The position numbers and the translations under genes are program-made. From a virus (Duplodnaviria > Caudoviricetes), in the IMG/VR virus record IMGVR_UViG_3300042507_007799, positions 1 to 42,290 of that record: a stretch of 42,290 nt of DNA; one strand, 5' to 3'. The notes beneath the pieces are model-generated. The model was not told where the DNA came from. It did no database searches and worked only from the letters and a program-made list of their open reading frames with translations. Each line of letters opens with the position of its first letter. Within the stretch, counting starts at the first letter, position 1. This document shows, one piece after another, positions 19,620 to 28,056 of the stretch.

Positions 19620-21604
19620 TTATTAAAAGTAATTCAATCATTCTAGCTTCTGATTTAAGCCCTGCTTTTCAAGCAGTTGGAGATTTTGCGCCATATAAAA
19701 GAGGTTTGTTTCCAATTGCTTTTGTTGATAATCTTGCGTTTGATGTTCAAGGCAATCGCATCCGTTCAAAACAAATTGGAGGTCAAGAATTCTCAGTGGA
19801 GAGCTTGGCTTTTTCGCCAACTGTTTCTCTTTCTTTTGATTACGTTTCTTCGCTCACATTCGACAACGAAAACTTGCTTGGAATGTTTTTTAAAGGATGG
19901 GGAGATTTCCAATCCATCTTTAAAGGAAGCAATGGCCAATCATGCAATCTTTATTTTATTCTGAGTGATCTTTTTGGGCTTGATTTAATTTACCAAATTA
20001 AAAATCGTGGCAACTTAAATGGTTTCGAAATGATTTCTTTTGGTAACTGCACTCTCAGCAATTATAACTTAGCAATTGCAGCAGCGAGTCTTCCAAAAAC
20101 TTCAATTCAAATGGAAGCTGTCAACATGGAGATGCAAGTTGTTTCTTCTGATTTAATCAATGTTCCTGCTATTAATTTAAGTGTTGGAAATAAAAATGGC
20201 GCGGCTCAGTTAAAAATTAATAATTCTGAATTTCTTACTAATCTTAGCTCTTTAAATACTTCAGCAACGGGTCAACCAATTTTGCCAACATATAAAACAA
20301 CAGCGTTCAATATCATTACTGAGAATCCAGAAGTTCCATCCATACAAATCTCTCCTTGGGCAGATGCAGCAATCTCTTCTATTGGCTTGTCAATTGGAAT
20401 TGAGCGCGAATCTAGTTATGGATTTGGCAGTGACTTTATTTATGATAAAAAAATTAAGTTTCCTATTGTCGGAAATTTAAATATTTCAGCAACAGCTTTG
20501 GCGCTTAATTCTGGAGTCGCAATTCTCACTGGAGCAATGAGAAATGAGCCATCATACTCTCTTGAGCTTCAGTTTATTGACCCTAATGAATTAAAATATG
20601 TTGGTCAATCAATTGAAACTCTTTCTGGCTATGCAGATGAAAATTACAGTGGTTTTTTAACTAACAATAAATATTTAAAAATCAATAACGCAAAACTTGA
20701 ATCACATAGTCACAATATTGACTATTCTTCCAACTTAACTGTCGAATTTGGTTTTTCATTCTCCTGTAATGAGCAAAATGGATTGCAAATGAAATGGGGC
20801 CAAAGATCAGAAAAAGAAGGCGCTCAATTATTCACTTATGAGGGATTAAAATTACAGTCTAGCGATGGTGATAAAATTGATCTTGATAATTATTTATATT
20901 TTAATGATTCAGATTCTCCAATTTTACCTGAAATTTGCGCCAGTCCAGGATTGTCAAAAGACGGCTTGCTTCTTCTAACGAGAGATAATACGGCGAATTT
21001 TATTAATTATTGTAATATTCCTTCACCCACGCCTACCCCACCACCTACGCCGACGCCTACGCCTACGCCTACGCCGACGCCTACGCCTACGCCGACGCCT
21101 ACCCCACCACCTACGCCGACGCCTACGCCGACGCCTACCCCACCACCTACGCCGACGCCTACCCCACCACCTACGCCTACACCTACGCCGACGCCTACAC
21201 CTACACCTACACCTACACCTACGCCGACGCCTACGCCTACGCCTACACCTACGCCGACGCCTACGCCTACGCCGACGCCTACGCCTACGCCTACACCTAC
21301 GCCTACGCCTACGCCGACGCCGACGCCGACGCCTTCAATTGGTCCATTTAGTTTTATAGCTTCTACTGGTTACTATGACGCGCCATTTGGCAATATTTCT
21401 TGGACTTCTGCCTCTAATGCCACTGGTTATAGTGTTTATCGTTCAGAAGACAGCGATACTTATACTGAAATATTTAATGGAGCAGGAAATTCCTATGAGG
21501 ACTATGCAGTTCTTGGCGGCGGAAATTATTACTGGTATAATGTAGCTGCATTTAGTGGCGTTTACATCTCTAGTGGCTCCTCTCAAATAGTTTATTTCCC
21601 ATAA
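19616..21604 (+). CDS. Tail-tube paralog with Pro-Thr stalk and C-terminal FN3-like domain
   Basis: [23 protein letters not shown] and NNAKLESHS match tail tube SPTVSLDFSY, IGIGNGFITDYTL and RAARLDSES. A PT tract is followed by [17 protein letters not shown]...YWYNVAAF (FN3-like). Confidence 0.65.
   Translation: MIIKSNSIILASDLSPAFQAVGDFAPYKRGLFPIAFVDNLAFDVQGNRIRSKQIGGQEFSVESLAFSPTVSLSFDYVSSLTFDNENLLGMFFKGWGDFQSIFKGSNGQSCNLYFILSDLFGLDLIYQIKNRGNLNGFEMISFGNCTLSNYNLAIAAASLPKTSIQMEAVNMEMQVVSSDLINVPAINLSVGNKNGAAQLKINNSEFLTNLSSLNTSATGQPILPTYKTTAFNIITENPEVPSIQISPWADAAISSIGLSIGIERESSYGFGSDFIYDKKIKFPIVGNLNISATALALNSGVAILTGAMRNEPSYSLELQFIDPNELKYVGQSIETLSGYADENYSGFLTNNKYLKINNAKLESHSHNIDYSSNLTVEFGFSFSCNEQNGLQMKWGQRSEKEGAQLFTYEGLKLQSSDGDKIDLDNYLYFNDSDSPILPEICASPGLSKDGLLLLTRDNTANFINYCNIPSPTPTPPPTPTPTPTPTPTPTPTPTPTPPPTPTPTPTPTPPPTPTPTPPPTPTPTPTPTPTPTPTPTPTPTPTPTPTPTPTPTPTPTPTPTPTPTPTPTPTPTPSIGPFSFIASTGYYDAPFGNISWTSASNATGYSVYRSEDSDTYTEIFNGAGNSYEDYAVLGGGNYYWYNVAAFSGVYISSGSSQIVYFP
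21026..21334 (+). repeat. Hexanucleotide repeat (CCN ACN)n encoding about 103 aa of Pro-Thr
   Basis: Directly visible cctacg/ccgacg/cctaca array with occasional cccaccacct units. Confidence 0.97.
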
Positions 21605-21605
21605 T

Positions 21606-21827
21606 ATGACTGCTTATTTTGATTATCCAACAATTAAAATTTCATGTTCTTCCGAAGTTTTTAAATCAGAGGACGGAGAATTTTATAGTTTTTTATATTC
21701 TGGAGGTGAATACACTGATGCTAATTTATGCATTCCTTCAGAAACGGAAAATTCAAATTATTACTTTTATTCTGGCGAATCTCAAATTTGCACAGTTGAA
21801 GTAAAAAATCCGCTCTATAAAGTGTAA
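21606..21827 (+). CDS. Small hypothetical protein
   Basis: 73-aa ORF that fills the gap between neighbours, with YSG motifs like nearby structural genes. Confidence 0.55.
   Translation: MTAYFDYPTIKISCSSEVFKSEDGEFYSFLYSGGEYTDANLCIPSETENSNYYFYSGESQICTVEVKNPLYKV
21822..21827 (+). promoter_or_regulatory. GTGTAA motif before the fibre operon
   Basis: 8 nt upstream of ATG 21836. Confidence 0.6.
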
Positions 21828-21835
21828 CATTATAT

Positions 21836-22183
21836 ATGGCCGCAGGAACATACAATTTAACAGGTTCAAACGCAATCGAGAGAGGAGCTTGCTATGCTTA
21901 TTCTATTGATTTGAGCACTTCAAGTGGAGAATATAATCTCTCTGGCTATGGTGTGTCTGGATATTTGCGTCGTAAATGGGACGGTTCTTTTGGCCCAAAC
22001 TGGACAGCTTCTATTTTAAACACAGGTTCAGGAATTATTAATTTAGAATTAGATGGCGCTCGAACATCACAATTGTCTTATGATGCTTATGAGCAAGAAA
22101 TCTTTATCTATCCTCCAAATAACGGATGTCCAGTAAGAATAATTAAAGGAAATGTGGACGTTCAGGGAGGAGGGTTTAAATAA
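21836..22183 (+). CDS. BppU-N-like fibre attachment protein
   Basis: TYNL...IERGA.Y...LSGY...GIINLEL...T..L...RIIKGNVDV pattern, preceding fibre genes. Confidence 0.5.
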   Translation: MAAGTYNLTGSNAIERGACYAYSIDLSTSSGEYNLSGYGVSGYLRRKWDGSFGPNWTASILNTGSGIINLELDGARTSQLSYDAYEQEIFIYPPNNGCPVRIIKGNVDVQGGGFK

Positions 22184-23730
22184 TGGCTGCTGATATTTCT
22201 GTTGTAATTAATCCGCCAGAACAAATTAATGTTGATGTTCAATCGCAACCAAATCAATTTGATTTATTAATTGGTGATGGAATTCCGAAACACGCAGAAA
22301 CTCATGCGCCAGGAGGGAGCGATTCTCTCTCTGCATATTATGTAACAGGTTCGGTAGTTCGCCCAAGCGATACTGGAAATTTTATTACAACTTCTCAAAC
22401 GGGTAGATTTGTTGGAACTGGACAAACTGGATATTATACTGGGATTTTTTATCCTTATTCATCTAATCCTAATGGGTATGTACAAGGCGCTGTTGTTCGC
22501 CCGTCAAATACTGGAAATTTTGTAGATAAAACTAGCGTTCAAACAATCTCTAATAAATATTTTACTACAACATCATTTGTTAATAATTTAAATCCTACAG
22601 GAATAATTATTAGTGGCGTTTTAAATGGAAATTATACCGAGCCATCTTTAATTGTATTTACGTCTCCTCTAAGTGAAAAAAAATCTACAATTCAAGCGGG
22701 CGGAGAAGATGGAACGCTCATATTTACTACAGATGAAGGTTCAATTACTCTTGAGTCTATAAGTAAAAATTATCCTATTTATTTAAATGGAAACGTTGAA
22801 GGTTCTCAATACGCTATTTTTCAATCTGGAGTTTCTGGAAATAATTTAGTTTATAACGTTTCTAACCAAACAATTTCAGGAATTAAAAGCTTTGTTTCTA
22901 GACCAACAGTTGGCGGAACTGGAGTTTTATTAAGTGGGGAAATTTCAGTAGTTAATACTGGTTCATTAACTGGCGCTTTTTATCCTTTAAATTCTAATCC
23001 AAGCGGTTATATTACTGGAGTTGACTTAAGCAATTATGTTACTAAATCATCTACTGGTAATTTCGTAACCACTGGTCAAACTGGTTCTTTTATTGTTTCG
23101 TCTCAAACTGGCCAGTTTGTATCTACTGGCGCTACTGGAAATTTTGTTACTGGCAACGTTGTTCGCCCTTCTGAAACTGGTTCTTTTATTGTTTCTTCTC
23201 AAACAGGACAATTTGTTTCCACGGGAGCTACTGGTAATTTTGTTACTGGTTCTGTGGTGCGTCCGAGCGAAACAGGAAATTTTATTACAACCGCGCAAAC
23301 TGGCCAATTCGTTTGGACAGGAGCAACTGGTTCATTTGTTGTTTCATCACAAACAGGAGCTTTGTTGACTACTGGTGCGGCTGATGGTCGCTACGCTCTT
23401 CAATCTGCTACTGGAGCTTTTATTACAACTGGTCAAACAGGAGCGTTCGCTGCTTCTGCACTCACAGGAGCGTTTTTGACCACTGGTGCGGCGGATGCCC
23501 GTTACTATACTTTGTCTAATGGTCAAAGCATTAGTGGCTTTGCAACTACTGGATTTAATGACGCCATTACTGGCATGACTATTACTGGTGATGCTACAAA
23601 AGTTATTACTTTGTTTCAGAGAGGTGGAGCAACTATTACTGGGTCATTTACCGATAATACTGGAAGCGGCGGTGGAAGCGTTAATGTAAATGACTCTAAT
23701 TTAATTATTTCAATTTCAATGTTCGCATAA
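22183..23730 (+). CDS. Tail fibre-like protein with TGxF repeats
   Basis: NQTISGIKSF fibre motif and many 9-aa TG(N/S/Q/A)F(V/I)xxx repeats. Confidence 0.6.
   Translation: MAADISVVINPPEQINVDVQSQPNQFDLLIGDGIPKHAETHAPGGSDSLSAYYVTGSVVRPSDTGNFITTSQTGRFVGTGQTGYYTGIFYPYSSNPNGYVQGAVVRPSNTGNFVDKTSVQTISNKYFTTTSFVNNLNPTGIIISGVLNGNYTEPSLIVFTSPLSEKKSTIQAGGEDGTLIFTTDEGSITLESISKNYPIYLNGNVEGSQYAIFQSGVSGNNLVYNVSNQTISGIKSFVSRPTVGGTGVLLSGEISVVNTGSLTGAFYPLNSNPSGYITGVDLSNYVTKSSTGNFVTTGQTGSFIVSSQTGQFVSTGATGNFVTGNVVRPSETGSFIVSSQTGQFVSTGATGNFVTGSVVRPSETGNFITTAQTGQFVWTGATGSFVVSSQTGALLTTGAADGRYALQSATGAFITTGQTGAFAASALTGAFLTTGAADARYYTLSNGQSISGFATTGFNDAITGMTITGDATKVITLFQRGGATITGSFTDNTGSGGGSVNVNDSNLIISISMFA
23080..23271 (+). 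repeat. 96-nt tandem duplication (32-aa unit)
   Basis: TGSFIVSSQTGQFVSTGATGNFVTG(N/S)VVRPSE occurs twice (23080-23175 and 23176-23271), followed by a degenerate third copy. Confidence 0.9.
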
Positions 23731-23731
23731 T

Positions 23732-24097
23732 ATGCCTTCTTATTCAAAAATTCCACTATCTCAAACTGCAATTGGCGCAGGTATTTTATTGACTTCCTCT
23801 GGTGCCCCAGGCGTCCAACTACACGCCACTCAAAACAATGCCACTGACCTTGATGAAATTTGGTTGTATGCTAATAATACTGGAGCTTCTGATGCTCTTT
23901 TAACTGTGTATTGGGGTTTAACTGGCGCAACAAACATTATTGGCCCAATTAATGTTCAAGCTTATGCTGGTCCAACACTAGTATCTCCTGGTCTTGTTTT
24001 AGAGGGAAGCGGATCAACTGCTAGCGTTGTTTATGGTTCGAGTTCTGTGCCAAGTGGAATAAACATCTATGGCTACGTTAATAGAATTACTGCATAA
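23732..24097 (+). CDS. Small beta-rich virion/fibre-associated protein
   Basis: 121 aa with DEIWLYANN and INIYGYVNRI, tightly packed in the fibre operon. Confidence 0.5.
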   Translation: MPSYSKIPLSQTAIGAGILLTSSGAPGVQLHATQNNATDLDEIWLYANNTGASDALLTVYWGLTGATNIIGPINVQAYAGPTLVSPGLVLEGSGSTASVVYGSSSVPSGINIYGYVNRITA

Positions 24098-24099
24098 TT

Positions 24100-26607
24100 A
24101 TGAGCATTCGTTACGGACAAAAAATATCAAATTTTGCAGATAAACAAGTTTCATCTGCGTTCAATGGTTTTAATAGAAATATTAGACCCAAACTGCCAAA
24201 TATAGGTCCTAATGCTCCAACATACACAAGACCCAGTGACTACATTGCTATTCCTAGTATCAGCAGTTCAGAGCAAAAGGTAGCATTGTTAATTTCTGTA
24301 TTTGATAACAACTCAAACTTTTTAGCATTTACTGTGTCGGGAAACTACACAGTAGATTGGGGTGATGGTGTAATAGAAAATTTCTCAGCAGGTGTAGCTG
24401 CTACTCATGTATATAATTATTCAACATTCGACCCAACCAATTCAACCTTAACATCACAGGGATTTAAACAAGCGTTGCTTATAATTACACCGCAAGCAGG
24501 ACAAAATTTAACATCATTAAATTTTCAAACAAGACACCCATCAGTTAATGTTAATACTCACTATACTCAACCCATAGTAGAGTTTTATATTTCTTGTCCT
24601 AGTTTAACATCTTTGACAATAGGCACAATTAATAGTGCCACTACTGTTTATGCAAGATTAGCCGAATATGCCAATCTAATAAATGTAGGCAATGTATCTA
24701 GCCTTGGTGGTTGTTTCAGAACCATGGGTATAAAAAAGTGCGATATTGGTAAAACAAGCGCATTATTAACTGACATGAACAGTATGTTTAATAGTTGCGC
24801 TGCTTTACAGGCTGTAACATTTAGTAGTGAAACAAATACATCAAACCTAGCAAGCATGTTTGCCATGTTTACTAGTTGCTACTCATTAACATCAGTTCCT
24901 TTTTTTGATACTGCAAATGTCACTAACATGGCTGGCACTTTTATTAACTGTTGGTCCTTAACTAGCATACCTGCTTTTAATACGGCAAAAGTTACAAGCA
25001 TGGCGTCAACATTTAACGGGTGTTATAATATTACATCTATTCCTCTGTTTAATACAGCCGCAGTAACAACCATGGCCTCCATGTTTTTAAATTGTTACAG
25101 CTTGGAATCAGTGCCTCTGTTTAACACAAGGGCAGTCACTGATATGTCTAGTATGTTTCAGGGTTGCGTTTCATTAGCAAACGTTCCGATGTTCAACACA
25201 GCGTCAGTAACAACCATGGCTAATATGTTTAATGGCTGCGCTTCTTTAACAACTGTTCCTCTGTTTAATACAGTCGCAGTAACAACCATGGCACAGATGT
25301 TTACAAGTTGCACATCTTTAGCGACAGTTCCTCTGTTTAATACTGCGAATGTTACGAGCATGGTTTCTATGTTTCAGAGTTGTGGAGGACTGACAAGTGT
25401 TCCGCTATTCAACACAATAAAAGTAACAACAATGGCTAGTATGTTTAATCTTTGCTCTTCATTGACTGATGTTCCTCTTTTCAATACAGTAGCAGTAACA
25501 ACCATGGCTAACATGTTTACAAGTTGCGCTTCGCTCAAAACAGTTCCTCTGTTTAATACAGCCGCAGTAACAACCATGGCACAGATGTTTCAAAGCTGCT
25601 CATCTTTAGTTACAGTTCCTCTGTTTAATACAGCAGCAGTGACAACCATGGCTGCTATGTTTAGATACTGCTCTAATCTACAATCCTTACCATTATTTAA
25701 TACTGCTGCTAATACTAATATAGCAACTACATTTCAAGATTGTTTTTCATTGAGAGAAATTCCTGCATTTAACACAGCAGCAGTTACTCAAATTGCCACT
25801 GCTTTTTCTGGAAGCGGAATAAGAACAATTCCAGCATTCAATTTTTCTGCTGTGACTGGTGTTAATTCTAATGTATTTGAACGTTGCTTTAGTTTAGTCA
25901 GTGTGCCTAATATATCTTTGAGTGGTGTGACTGATTTTGTAAATATGTTTGCGACTTGTCACAGTTTGGCATCTGTTGGTTTTACAGGCATGAGATATAG
26001 CATAAGTTTTACGGCTTGTAACCTTTCCAAAGAAGCACTGGAAACTATATTTACAAACCTGGGAACAGCGCAGGCAGGGGCGACCAGAACATTAACATTA
26101 ACAAACAATTGGGGAGCGCCTACGCCAGTTTCTTTAACTGGAACACCAACCGCTGGCTCTACAACAATCACAATGGCGAATACCACGGGATTAGCCACGG
26201 GTATGCAGGTTACTGGAATCAACACAAGTCTTACCACTGGACGAGCAGTAACATTTACAGATGCAGGCGATTTGGTGAATCTAACCGCTCACGGCTTGAG
26301 TAATGGCGACGAAGTTTCTTTCTCTGTTATCACCACAACAACAGGCATTGTGATCAATACAATTTATTTTGTTGTTAATGCAACCGCTGATAATTTTCAA
26401 TTGGCTAGTACACTAGGCGGATCAGCTTTACCATTAACCACCAATGGCTCTGGAACCATCATATACAATTCAACCATTGTTAGTATTACACCCAATACAA
26501 GTGTAACAATGTCAAGACCCATGGCTGGTGGATCAGCGCAGACGCTATCTTTTCGTCAATTAGGTACATACAAAGCTATTTTAAAAGGTTTCACAGTATC
26601 AGGATAA
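24100..26607 (+). CDS. BspA/DUF285-like LRR surface protein (putative adhesin/receptor-binding)
   Basis: N-terminal YTVDWGDG (PKD-like), about 15 repeats of the 24-aa unit SLxxVPLFNTxxVTxMxxMFxxC, and a C-terminal AHGLSNGDEV...YFV...FQLA beta domain. Confidence 0.8.
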   Translation: MSIRYGQKISNFADKQVSSAFNGFNRNIRPKLPNIGPNAPTYTRPSDYIAIPSISSSEQKVALLISVFDNNSNFLAFTVSGNYTVDWGDGVIENFSAGVAATHVYNYSTFDPTNSTLTSQGFKQALLIITPQAGQNLTSLNFQTRHPSVNVNTHYTQPIVEFYISCPSLTSLTIGTINSATTVYARLAEYANLINVGNVSSLGGCFRTMGIKKCDIGKTSALLTDMNSMFNSCAALQAVTFSSETNTSNLASMFAMFTSCYSLTSVPFFDTANVTNMAGTFINCWSLTSIPAFNTAKVTSMASTFNGCYNITSIPLFNTAAVTTMASMFLNCYSLESVPLFNTRAVTDMSSMFQGCVSLANVPMFNTASVTTMANMFNGCASLTTVPLFNTVAVTTMAQMFTSCTSLATVPLFNTANVTSMVSMFQSCGGLTSVPLFNTIKVTTMASMFNLCSSLTDVPLFNTVAVTTMANMFTSCASLKTVPLFNTAAVTTMAQMFQSCSSLVTVPLFNTAAVTTMAAMFRYCSNLQSLPLFNTAANTNIATTFQDCFSLREIPAFNTAAVTQIATAFSGSGIRTIPAFNFSAVTGVNSNVFERCFSLVSVPNISLSGVTDFVNMFATCHSLASVGFTGMRYSISFTACNLSKEALETIFTNLGTAQAGATRTLTLTNNWGAPTPVSLTGTPTAGSTTITMANTTGLATGMQVTGINTSLTTGRAVTFTDAGDLVNLTAHGLSNGDEVSFSVITTTTGIVINTIYFVVNATADNFQLASTLGGSALPLTTNGSGTIIYNSTIVSITPNTSVTMSRPMAGGSAQTLSFRQLGTYKAILKGFTVSG
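24870..25980 (+). repeat. 72-nt tandem coding repeats of the LRR solenoid
   Basis: gttcctctgtttaataca...gtaacaaccatggc recurs at 72-nt periodicity. Confidence 0.9.
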
Positions 26608-26611
26608 TTTT

Positions 26612-27037
26612 ATGAACAACTCAGGATTTTACAAAAAAGATGAAACACAAATTTTATTTGCTCCTAATATTGTAGAGGGAGCAAATTATGTATTAGTTGC
26701 AGAGGATAAAGACACCTATGATTACCCTGTTGATGGGTGGATTTGGGCAAATTCTCTAGATGACGCAATCTCATATTTTGCCAATAACTCTAGTAATGCT
26801 ATTGCGCCATTTGACGTACAACCAGAAAATTATAAACTCGCTGCTAATAAAGAAGATGAAGCTGAATTTGGAAAATTAATCGCTCTTTTGAATTTGTCTT
26901 TGCAGCAAAATAGAATTTTACCAACAACAGAAATCACAATTTGGGATTACATCAAAATGCCACACTCTATCACAGTGCAAAGATTTTTAGAAATTATGGT
27001 TGACTACGGTTTTTATTGTTACCAACAAAGGTCTTAA
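26612..27037 (+). CDS. Hypothetical fibre-associated protein
   Basis: 141-aa ORF after the adhesin, containing SGFYK and YDYPVDGWIW. Confidence 0.55.
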   Translation: MNNSGFYKKDETQILFAPNIVEGANYVLVAEDKDTYDYPVDGWIWANSLDDAISYFANNSSNAIAPFDVQPENYKLAANKEDEAEFGKLIALLNLSLQQNRILPTTEITIWDYIKMPHSITVQRFLEIMVDYGFYCYQQRS

Positions 27038-27438
27038 TTAATCCAATCTCTTTCGTTCAAAGGGTAAAAGAGAGTTAATTCTTCACCAACTCTTATATTT
27101 CTTGCGGCGAAATAAACGTCCGCATTTTCGTCATGAATTAAATTTGGCGCATCAGAATGATTGACGTAAAAACTCAAATCTATTTGGTCTAAAAATCCAT
27201 CAATAAAAAAACCGTCTTTATTGGAGTGACAGATATATCGGATATAATCTAAGACATTGTTTGATGTATCTGACAATTCTTCCCAACGAATAAAATAATT
27301 TTTTCCTCTAGGGCCGAATAAAGGATAGTCTTTTGGAATTTCTGAAAGGGCGAAAACTCCAATTCCAGCATTGGGGATTTGAGAAACTCCTAATTTACAT
27401 TGTGGCAGTTTCAGGTTCTGGATGATTGATTGGCGCAT
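27034..27438 (-). CDS. SET-domain protein (putative lysine methyltransferase)
   Basis: Signature motifs SQIPNAGIGVFA, YVNHSDAPN and AARNIRVGEELTLFY. Confidence 0.9.
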   Translation of the reverse strand: MRQSIIQNLKLPQCKLGVSQIPNAGIGVFALSEIPKDYPLFGPRGKNYFIRWEELSDTSNNVLDYIRYICHSNKDGFFIDGFLDQIDLSFYVNHSDAPNLIHDENADVYFAARNIRVGEELTLFYPLNERDWIN

Positions 27439-28054
27439 CGGAAAATTCAGTGATGTAACTATAGTCTGTAAATTTGGTTCTTTTATTTTCTACAGAATAA
27501 ACATTTAAGTCAATTTTATATCCTGGGTTTTTATTAATCGGTTCTTTAACCCAAGCATCATCGTGCCAGATGATGCGATTGTTTGGATAAGCATAAAAAT
27601 TGCCGTTATCCATTTTAAAGAAATGAGCGCATTTATGCTCTGGAGTTTCGCTAAAATTAGTGTCTAAAATGCTTTTATTTTCCCAACTCCAATCAAGAGT
27701 AAAGAGGTATTCACCAACTTCTTTGGTGTTGGATGGCGTGATGAGTTTTGCTCGCAATCCTTTGAGCCTCTGACGCACTTGAACGTCAACGTAGGGACTG
27801 AAGCAGTCCCAATACATTGCGTGCTCAAGAGGCACTGGATCGCAAGGTTTCCAGCAAAACGCCGTGATTGGTCGCCGCGTCCAGTTTACGCCGTTGTCTA
27901 AATAAGCTTCAAAAAGCGGCACTCTTTTTTCAATTGAAGCAACTGAATGAACATCTGCTGCGGTGTATTCGCCGTGCCCTTTTTCGTGATTAAACAAGTA
28001 TTCGTTACGGATTAAGCAAGTGATTGTGGGAACGTTGTGATTTAGATAGGCCAT
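27395..28054 (-). CDS. Hypothetical phage protein (likely start MAYLNHNVP at 28054)
   Basis: The ATG lies 2 nt after the upstream fibre stop. Aromatic/Cys-rich, with WDCFS, YLFTLDW, EHKCAH and YPNNRIIW. Confidence 0.65.
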   Translation of the reverse strand: MAYLNHNVPTITCLIRNEYLFNHEKGHGEYTAADVHSVASIEKRVPLFEAYLDNGVNWTRRPITAFCWKPCDPVPLEHAMYWDCFSPYVDVQVRQRLKGLRAKLITPSNTKEVGEYLFTLDWSWENKSILDTNFSETPEHKCAHFFKMDNGNFYAYPNNRIIWHDDAWVKEPINKNPGYKIDLNVYSVENKRTKFTDYSYITEFSDAPINHPEPETATM

Positions 28055-28056
28055 GA

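Noticed and set aside
24870-25980. CRISPR array or DGR template/variable repeat
   Set aside because: The 72-nt units are in-frame coding LRR repeats with degenerate codons. Differences are not adenine-specific and no reverse transcriptase or cas operon is in the window.
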